Shown here: one piece after another, positions 7,641 to 14,836 of the stretch
Layout: each line of letters opens with the position of its first letter
Numbering within the stretch: position 1 is the stretch's first letter
From: an uncultured virus (IMG/VR IMGVR_UViG_3300045125_000080)
Taxonomy: Duplodnaviria > Heunggongvirae > Uroviricota > Caudoviricetes
IMG/VR virus record: IMGVR_UViG_3300045125_000080
Direction: 5' to 3' (one strand)
DNA: 20,000 nt
The notes under the pieces: generated by a model
The model's database searches: none
Told to the model about the DNA's origin: nothing
The model's input: only the letters and a program-made list of their open reading frames with translations
Program-made: the position numbers and the translations under genes

Positions 7641-9545
7641 ATGTACTACGACCAACTTACAAAACTTGGAATTAGACTTCGGAAAAGAAGTGGGCAAGAA
7701 AAAACAACTTGCCCAAATTGCTCTGCTGGGCGGAAAAAGAAAACTGATCCTTGCCTTTCGTAAACATTTCTCAAGGCGATTACAACTGCCACAACTGCGG
7801 CTGGATGGGGAATGTGAGAACTTTTGTCAAGAAAGAAAATTTTAAAAAATACGAAAAACCAAGTCAAGAAATGCTCAAAAACATTGAGCTGAATGATAGG
7901 ATAAAGTTGTTTTTGAAGGTCGGGGAATAAGTGAGGCTACGTTGCAAAAATTCTTTATTCACGGCAAGGAAGAGTGGATGCCACAATCTCAGAAAAAACA
8001 ACGCTGCATCGTCTTCCCTACATACGCGACAATGAAATCGTAAACGCAAAATATCGCGATGGGAAGAAAGGGTTCAAACTTGTGAAGGATGCTGAATTGA
8101 TTTTTTCGGGATGCAAACACTTCAGGGTAGAAGATGTGCAATCATCGTGGAAGGTGAAATTGACGCGCTTTCAGCATACGAGGTTGGTTTTGGTCGGGAC
8201 TACGAACCGATTTGCAACGAGGATGGGGAAGTTGTGGAACACGAACTTGGCAGATTTGCGGTTCTTTCGGTTCCAAACGGGGCAAGTAAGGGGAACCAAC
8301 GGATGGAGTATTTGGACAACTGCGCCGAGTACTTGGAAACGGTTGAAGAGTTCATCATCGCAACCGACAACGATGCGCCCGGTCAAGCCCTTCGGGATGA
8401 GTTAATCCGCCGTTTAGGCGTGGAAAAGTGCCGAACTGTCAGGTGGGAAATCCTAAAATCGCACCAGACGCACGGAAAACGGCCCAAAAATCGCACCAAA
8501 AGATTTTAATGAGGTATTGTGCCACTTTGGAAAAGAGGCCCTTAAATCGCTTGTATTGAGTTCGCAGGAAGTTCCGGTGGATGGGATATTTTATGTCGAA
8601 GATATTTTTTCAACGATGTTGGAGAACTTTGAAAGGGGTGTTCAGATAGCCCCTCCGACAAGAATTGATGTGCTTGATGAGTACTTTAGGTGGAAGAAAG
8701 GAGATATAAATTTATGCACCGGATATGCTAATGCTGGTAAGTCTACTTTTATGCTTCAGTTGATGCTTGTTAAGAGTATTTGGGATGGATGGAAATGGGC
8801 GGTATTTAGTCCAGAAAATTTTCCTGCTTATGATTTTTATGATGATTTAGTAGAGATGTATGTTGGCAAGTGGAAAACGGATATGAAAAAGAAGAGTATG
8901 TAGAAGCCTGTGAATTTATTGGTCAGCATATATTCTTTGTGTATCCTGAAAACGAACACGATATAGAATCAGTACATAATAAGTTTCGTTATTTGATTTT
9001 AAAGAAAGGATTAGATGGTGTAATGATTGATCCATTTAATCAACTTGATTCAATGCAAAAGGCTTATCAAAGAGAAGACCAATATTTATCAAGTATATTA
9101 AAGGATATAAAAAGATTTGCATTACTAAATGGCATCTGTTATAACATAATAGCTCACCCAAAAAGTCCAAGTTATAGAGAAGATAAGTCTTTGCCTGTAG
9201 CGGATATGTATGATTTAGCTGGTGGTGCTATGTGGGGTAATAAAATTGATAACATACTTTCTTATTATAGACCAAGATTTCACGAAGACAAGAATAGTAA
9301 AGAAGTAGAGATATGGGTTCAAAAAATTAAAAGAAAAAGAACAGGCGGTCAGCTCGGTCATTGTAATTTAATTCTTGATTGGAGAACGAAAAGATTTTGT
9401 CATCCTGTATCAGGTCAAAGATTATTGTGATATTAAAAGAGCAAGAGTTGTCACATCTTCCCACAACCCAGATAACATAACACAAGGAGAGATATCTAAT
9501 AATTGGCTACCTTATAAGGATGATAGTACTGAAGCACCTTTTTAA
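7641..9545 (+). CDS. T7 gp4/Twinkle-like primase-helicase (Zn finger + TOPRIM + SF4 helicase); several frameshifts
   Basis: CPNC...CHNCGW; VEGEIDALS; ATDNDAPG; Walker A GYANAGKS; MIDPFN; IAHP; ends ...DDSTEAPF*. Confidence 0.9.
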
Positions 9546-9579
9546 TGTAGGGGAAGATATAATACACAAACACTAACCA

Positions 9580-10046
9580 ATGATAATTCACAAAACACAC
9601 ACGCACCGCTAAGACTTCCCCAACTACTAATTAAACCCAAGCTATTAGCTTACAGAGTAGGCTTTACAGAATCTTGTAGGTATGATTTAGGAATGAGAGA
9701 CCAAGGAGATATTAATAAACTATTTGGAGTGGGATATTTTCCCTCACACCACGAAAACTCTGTACGAGTAGGATGGAACTATGATATAGTATCAGGAAGA
9801 ATAAACATATTTGCTTATTGGTATGTAGGGGGAAAACGTGACTGGCAATACCTAAGAAGCGTAGACATAGGAGTAATGTGTTATTTTAAAATGTATATTG
9901 ACGATGATATGCATAGATTAGATATTGCAGGAAGAAACTACCGAGTAGATGTTCATAGCACGCCTATCTGCTATTTATTAAGACCATACTTTGGTGGAAA
10001 TAGAACCGCACCACACGATATTGTAATTGATATAAAAAAAGTATAA
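9580..10046 (+). CDS. Phage hypothetical protein (~155 aa); frameshift near start
   Basis: Track ORF 9693..10046 extends upstream (FTESCRYDLG) toward ATG 9580. Confidence 0.65.
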
Positions 10047-10276
10047 TGATTAAAACATTAAGAAGGAATGTTACTGAAGAAAAAGTAGAACGGACTAAAA
10101 AATTAATTAAACTTGGACGTTCATTAAGAGAGGCTGCAAAAGAAGTGGGTATTAGTTATTATTCTGCTTGGCATATTGCTAAGGGAAGTTATGACAATGA
10201 AATTAAACTTGACAGCATCTTTAAGAAAGAAGAAAGAAATAATTATTTTACGTGGAAAAACTTTGAGGTATTTTAA
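10046..10276 (+). CDS. HTH DNA-binding protein
   Basis: GRSLREAAKEVGISYYSAWHIAKG. Confidence 0.7.
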   Translation: MIKTLRRNVTEEKVERTKKLIKLGRSLREAAKEVGISYYSAWHIAKGSYDNEIKLDSIFKKEERNNYFTWKNFEVF

Positions 10277-10516
10277 TGGCAATAGTAAGAAACATACAAA
10301 ACAATAATCTATACCGTTATCTTGGATGATAATAAATATCGAAACATTATGACGGGAGTAGAAGGAGAGATACCAGAAGAAATGGCTCGTAAGATATTTA
10401 AGATTAACCTAGAGATGACGGAGCTGTGCGAGAACTTCCCCAACGTAGAAAAATTAATATTTGCATTAAAGCTTAAAATGGATAAAAATGAAAACACCGA
10501 TGCAAGAACTTCTTGA
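10276..10516 (+). CDS. Phage hypothetical protein (MAIVRNIQNNNLYRYLG...); one frameshift
   Basis: TAATG coupling at 10276; joins track ORF 10322..10516. Confidence 0.6.
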
Positions 10517-10703
10517 ATGGATTAAAGAGAAGTATGAAGTAAACATACCTGAATCAAAGCAAAATGAATACTTGACTCAAGAACGTAGTCATATTATTCG
10601 TGCGTGGGAAGATGGCGCACTCGCTAATGAAACAGGTATTGGATTTATTGACGGAACAATATATTTTGAAAATACATATTTAAACGATGCCGGCTCTCGT
10701 TAA
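10488..10703 (+). CDS. 71-aa phage hypothetical protein (MKTPMQELL...YFENTY)
   Basis: Intact ORF within the operon. Confidence 0.65.
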   Translation: MKTPMQELLEWIKEKYEVNIPESKQNEYLTQERSHIIRAWEDGALANETGIGFIDGTIYFENTYLNDAGSR

Positions 10704-10714
10704 CCGGTTTTATT

Positions 10715-11261
10715 ATGTCTGGTCTTATTAAAAAACAAGAAGGGGTTACACTTAAACATTAAGGAAGGGAAACTCGTTACCAAGAAAAATGGTGTAGTGG
10801 AAAGTTATGATGGCGTTCAGGGAGTCATTCAAAAGATTGACTTCGTAAAGGACGAGTATCAGGGCAAAACGTATGAGAAAGCGTCTATCCACATTAACAA
10901 TGTAGGGAAACGTATATCCTACAGATGCACGTAGATAGCGGTTACTTTAGAAACTTCTGCAACGCATTAAAGAACGGAAAGCCAAGAGAAGAGGTCTACA
11001 TTCAGCCGTCTTACAAGAAAGATGACAACGGAAAAACTTCTGCTGGTTGCTTTATTTCTCAGGGTGGTAAATTCTTAAAGCACGCCCACACAAAGGATAA
11101 TATGGGAGATCTTCCCCCGCTTGAAAAAGTAACCTTCAAGGGAGAAACAAAGTACGACAACAGCAAGCAAATTGAGTACTGGAAAAAATGGATTGCCGAA
11201 ACATTTAAAGAAGGAATTGAAGCCAGATGCTGAAGAGGAAGAAACCGACCTTCCGTTTTAA
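10715..11261 (+). CDS. Putative single-stranded DNA-binding protein; frameshifted
   Basis: Joined frames MSGLIKKQEG...; acidic tail EEEETDLPF* typical of SSBs; replication-module context. Confidence 0.65.
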
Positions 11262-11433
11262 TAAAGGGATCTATATCATTACTTGACTTCGATTTTAAGT
11301 CTTGTCTATTTTGCTCAGTATGCTCACATACATAACAGAAATGAGATTATAGCAAGGTGGCGAAGCTTGGTAGGTAAGAAAATGGATAGGATGTATATTC
11401 AGATTGCTCCTGACTATACACCTTCAAGAGTAA
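11261..11433 (+). CDS. Possible small hypothetical protein (...YAHIHNRNEIIARWRSLVGKKMDRMYIQIAPD...), ends uncertain
   Basis: Protein-like frame between SSB and terminator; start codon not visible. Confidence 0.35.
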
Positions 11434-11459
11434 AGCCGAGGAATTAACCTCGGCTTTTT
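11432..11459. terminator. Bidirectional intrinsic terminator
   Basis: AAAGCCGAGG-AATTAA-CCTCGGCTTT perfect stem between convergent units. Confidence 0.85.
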
Positions 11460-11522
11460 ACTGCCATTACTTCCCGAAACCCGACCAAAGGCCCGAATTA
11501 ATAATTAATTAGGCAGTAATAG

Positions 11523-11589
11523 CGACCAGTAGGGGACTCGAACCCCTATTTACCAGAGGAGGCGTGTTTGCTCTTACACTCAATTGGTC
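11523..11589 (-). tRNA. tRNA-like element with shortened anticodon arm; isotype not assignable
   Basis: Acceptor GACCAAT/ACTGGTC (1 mismatch), D stem GTGT/ACAC, T arm AGGGG-TTCGAGT-CCCCT; only 67 nt. Confidence 0.55.
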
Positions 11590-11596
11590 TATAAAA

Positions 11597-11737
11597 TTAG
11601 TTTCCTTTTCTAAACTCAAGGCCGATAAAAACCTTGGTACTATCCCTTAATACCTTGCCATCCAGATATTGCTTCTGAACTGTTACGCAGGATGTTAGGG
11701 AAGATATGACGATGATTGCGATGATTAACTTCTTCAT
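11597..11737 (-). CDS. Small lipoprotein (MKKLIIAIIVISSLTSC...); 3' end uncertain
   Basis: Signal peptide with LTSC lipobox; TAACTTTG promoter element at 11750-11743. Confidence 0.65.
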   Translation of the reverse strand: MKKLIIAIIVISSLTSCVTVQKQYLDGKVLRDSTKVFIGLEFRKGN

Positions 11738-11747
11738 ACCTACAAAG

Positions 11748-11904
11748 TTACTCCATAATTAGGATATAGTGAGCAGTCTTTTCCCCTGTTTTATAATAGA
11801 CCTTGACGCCCGGAAGCGTCTTACCTTGCTGTAAAAGACGCTGGATATACTGTCTTGAAACGCCTCTTAGCTTGGCGTACTGAGGTTGCTGACATTACTT
11901 TCAT
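11748..11904 (-). CDS. Small excisionase-like HTH protein; frameshift near start
   Basis: QYAKLRGVSRQYIQRLLQQGKTLPGV; TATATTTG at 11916-11909 just before the ATG. Confidence 0.6.
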
Positions 11905-11924
11905 ACCGCAAATATATGAAATGG

Positions 11925-11938
11925 TTGCTAATTAGCAA
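11925..11938. promoter_or_regulatory. 14-bp perfect palindrome TTGCTAATTAGCAA; candidate operator
   Basis: Overlaps the spacer/-33 region of the HTH gene promoter. Confidence 0.45.
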
Positions 11939-12405
11939 TGTTCGTTATATCGGTCAAAAAAGGCTCTTTTGTACGTTTTAACGAACACTGCCTTTTTACG
12001 CTTCCGAAAATGTCGGGCTTGCCTTAAAAAGGGTTTCGACCAAAACTTATACTATCAGTACATAAATCTGTATAAATAAACTTCAGCTATCTGTTAAATG
12101 CTTACTATGCTAGCTAGAAAATTATAGTCAATCAAATATCAATCTTTTATATTTAAAAATGCATAATCTTACAAAACTTGTTGTTAAACACATCTTCCCC
12201 AGAACACATCAGCACCATATACAACATAAACCCCCCGCGCTGACTGAGTGCGAGGATCTTCCCGCCACACCTAACCAAACAATGGCAAAGATCAACCAAG
12301 AGGACAAAGACCAGACCAACCCCGCCAACCTGCGCGAGGACTTCCCGCACAACATCACTAACAGGCAAAAAAACAGGGGACGGGGTAAGTATAAACCGCA
12401 ACCCC

Positions 12406-12490
12406 AAAAAACCCACCCCCGCGGAATCCGCGAGGGTACCCTCCAAGAGTAAGCACGCGACAAAAACCCAGCCCTAAGAATAGGGCCGGG
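12406..12490 (-). terminator. Two tandem GC-rich hairpins, each followed by a U-run on the minus strand
   Basis: Stems at 12467-12490 and 12415-12437; mismatches are G-U only on the minus strand. Confidence 0.6.
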
Positions 12491-12570
12491 ACACAAACAA
12501 AGAAAACACACTTGCCTACAAAGTTACATTATCCATCACCACGACTTCCCCAAACTTTTTATAAAATAAA

Positions 12571-12602
12571 TTTGGAAATAGTAAAACATCGTATTATATT
12601 TG
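12571..12602 (+). promoter_or_regulatory. Bacteroidota sigmaA-type promoter for the recombination operon
   Basis: TTTG(12571-12574)-N20-TATATTTG(12595-12602). Confidence 0.8.
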
Positions 12603-12638
12603 CTCTGGCCAATAATAAGCAAGCATTAGGTTTAAAAC

Positions 12639-12669
12639 GGCCTGTATTTCTATACGGGCCTTCTTTTTT
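12639..12669 (+). terminator. Terminator-like hairpin in the leader of the recombination operon
   Basis: GGCCTGTAT-TTCT-ATACGGGCC then TTCTTTTTT. Confidence 0.55.
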
Positions 12670-12681
12670 AAAACACACACA

Positions 12682-13351
12682 ATGACACAAACAACACTTG
12701 ATCTATTAAGGGATGCGGAGCCGTTATTTGCCCGCATACTTGAATTTGAGGCAAGCCATTCCTCTCTTCCTGATGTACTGGAAATGATTGACAAGATGGA
12801 GCCGCCTGCCTCTTGGGTGATAGAACTTCCCTCACAGATAAAGAAGGAACTTACAAGACAATCCCTCTGGATGTAATGGAGGCCGCTGTAAAGCGTATAT
12901 TTGGCACGAGAATCGCTTATCTCAAGTATGAGTGATCCAATCATCATTCAGGACAGGAGCGGCAAATTTTCGGCCTACAATGAGCCTCTCCGTACCAGGT
13001 ATCTGGAGACTTTGGATTTCTTCATCTAACCGGAGTGGCCTCTGTGACTTCCCCGAACATACAAGGACTAGAACTAGCCACCCCAAAAGCAGCAGTCAAT
13101 GGCAGTAAAGAACGCCATCAAGAAGCTCGGAGGACTCTTTGGTAAATACTTGAACCGGGTAGAGGACGAAATCATCGAGGAACCACAGATGAACCTTGAA
13201 GAAAAGATGGAATCACTTCCCGAAGCAATAAAAAACACCCAAACTATCGAAGAACTTAAGACCTACCGAAAGACTGGTATACTCTAAGAGTGTTTCACAC
13301 GAAATTCAGGGTAATCTATGAAGAACAATATAGAAATTAAAGACAAAATAA
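12682..13351 (+). CDS. Putative Rad52/Sak-like single-strand annealing protein; several frameshifts
   Basis: C-terminal (A)MAVKNAIKKLGGLFGKYLNR resembles the Rad52/Sak 'ALKRAA..FG..LY' helix; next to an exonuclease. Confidence 0.6.
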
Positions 13352-13376
13352 TAGTAAACACTTAAAAAATACTTAG

Positions 13377-14226
13377 ATGAACTGGGATAATTTACTCGTT
13401 AGATGCTCTTGTCTAGGCAAAATTATGACACCAACCAAGGGTTCGGTCATTACGGACAAGCAATTGGAGGAACTTGATAGGCTATCAGATCTTCCCAAGC
13501 GCACAGAAAAACAAGAAGTAACCTACCAAACACTACTGGCAAAGAAAAACGCACCACCAGAACTATCCGACACCGCAAAAAGCTACCTCAAGGAGCTTAT
13601 ACGTCTTCCATAAATACGGAAAAGAAACCGTTGGCGGATCAGAAAGGAGCAAGTACACTATGAAAGGCATTGTCCGTAGAGGACAACAGCATCAAACTAC
13701 TGAGCAGACTCGATAATGCCTACTATTCCAAGAACGAGGACTTCTTTAAAAACGACTTTATCATGCGGAACCCCCGATATTATGGTGAAATCGGAGAACA
13801 TATTCACCAAAATCATTGATATCAAGTCCTCTTGGGACGCCGCAAGCCTACTCAGCAACCTTGGGCAACCCTTAAACAGCAACTATTACTACCAAATGCA
13901 GGGTTATATGGCCCTAACAGGAGCTACCGAAGCCGAAGTCTGCTACTGCCTTGTCTCGATGCCAGATGAAATCATAAATTCCGAGAAAAAACGCATCTAC
14001 TACCTACTAAATCCGGCAACAGAAGACAACAAAGAGTACAAAGATGCCATCCAAAAGCTTGAGGACAATATGACCTTTGACGAAATCCCCGAAGGCGAGA
14101 GGCATTATCAAGTTCAAGGTAGAGCGCGATGACGCTGTAATTCAGTCTATCTACGAAAAAGTTCGTAGTTGCAGACAATGGATGTCCGAATTTGAAGAAA
14201 TGCACACCAGAATCAACAAAAATTGA
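13377..14226 (+). CDS. YqaJ/lambda-exonuclease-like PD-(D/E)xK nuclease; frameshifted
   Basis: RCSCLGKIM; GTPD...IIDIKSSW; YYYQMQGYMALTG. Confidence 0.85.
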
Positions 14227-14290
14227 CTTATTTGCACAACATATAGTGCAAAAACTTCCCCAACAGTCAAGTAATCCTTGACAACTCGCT

Positions 14291-14334
14291 AAAATGAGCG
14301 ATAAGTTAAGTAAAAATGAGCGACAAGTTGAGTA
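14291..14334 (+). repeat. 22-bp tandem duplication spanning the resolvase start
   Basis: AAAATGAGCGATAAGTTAAGTA / AAAATGAGCGACAAGTTGAGTA (2 mismatches). Confidence 0.8.
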
Positions 14335-14790
14335 AAAAAGTAATTTTAAACATTACTCCACAGACAAACATCAGAACAACGCAGGGTGATCGAGTATTTT
14401 TCCGAATTCCAAGAAATAAATTACGCCCTGCTGGACTAAAAGGCTACTCCGAATAGAGAGATACAACAACTACAAAGTAGAATTACTCACCGAAGCCAAG
14501 AAAAAAGGCTTTGTTGTTCCCGCTGCCGGACTTTCCATAACATTTTACATCCCCTGCCCTGAAAGTTGGCCTCAAAAAAGAAAAAAGCACACCACGGAAA
14601 GCTTCACCAGTCACGTCCGGATATCGATAACATAGGTAAGGGATTTTTTGACTCTTTGCTAGTCGAGGATAAGTACATCGCGAACATTACGCTCACCAAA
14701 AGATGGGTTGATTTTCCTCAAGGTTGGATTGAGTGCCTCATCTTCCCCGTAGACGAAACCATAGAAATCAAGGAGATACCAATAAAGTAA
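14316..14790 (+). CDS. rusA: RusA-like Holliday junction resolvase; frameshifted
   Basis: ITFYIPCPESW...HQSRPDIDNIGKGFFDSL..ED..I matches the RusA DxDN..K...D pattern. Confidence 0.85.
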
Positions 14791-14808
14791 TCTCTTTTTT
14801 ATTGCGCT

Positions 14809-14836
14809 ACTTAACATAATATTTATTATAGGAATT
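14809..14836 (-). other. dif-like XerC/XerD site AATTCCTATAA-TAAATA-TTATGTTAAGT (mirrored at 15186-15213)
   Basis: 11-6-11 layout; right arm 10/11 identical to the E. coli XerD arm TTATGTTAAAT; left arm resembles the ACTTCCTA(T/G)AA XerC arm of Firmicutes dif. Confidence 0.8.

Noticed and set aside
12153..12511. Three overlapping ~97-100 aa ORFs as confident CDSs
   Set aside because: Open frames on both strands are expected from the skewed composition; no motifs, and they overlap terminator-like hairpins. 12159..12452 remains possible but unsupported.
713..14205. Antisense or overlapping track ORFs (e.g. 713..901, 2273..2730, 3412..3654, 4408..4614, 5128..5412, 5629..5874, 7646..8049, 8171..8386, 12594..12947, 13697..14205)
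   Set aside because: Shadow ORFs opposite better-supported genes, with no recognisable motifs.
741..14790. Pseudogenes or programmed frameshifts in the GT, primase-helicase, SSB, annealing, exonuclease and RusA genes
   Set aside because: Single-base indels occur in nearly every long gene, often at homopolymers, with catalytic motifs intact; uncorrected long-read error is the simpler explanation.
11700..14810. GGGAAG motif as KOPS (GGGNAGGG) guiding FtsK to the dif site
   Set aside because: It does not match the octamer, and near dif the G-rich strand points away from the site.
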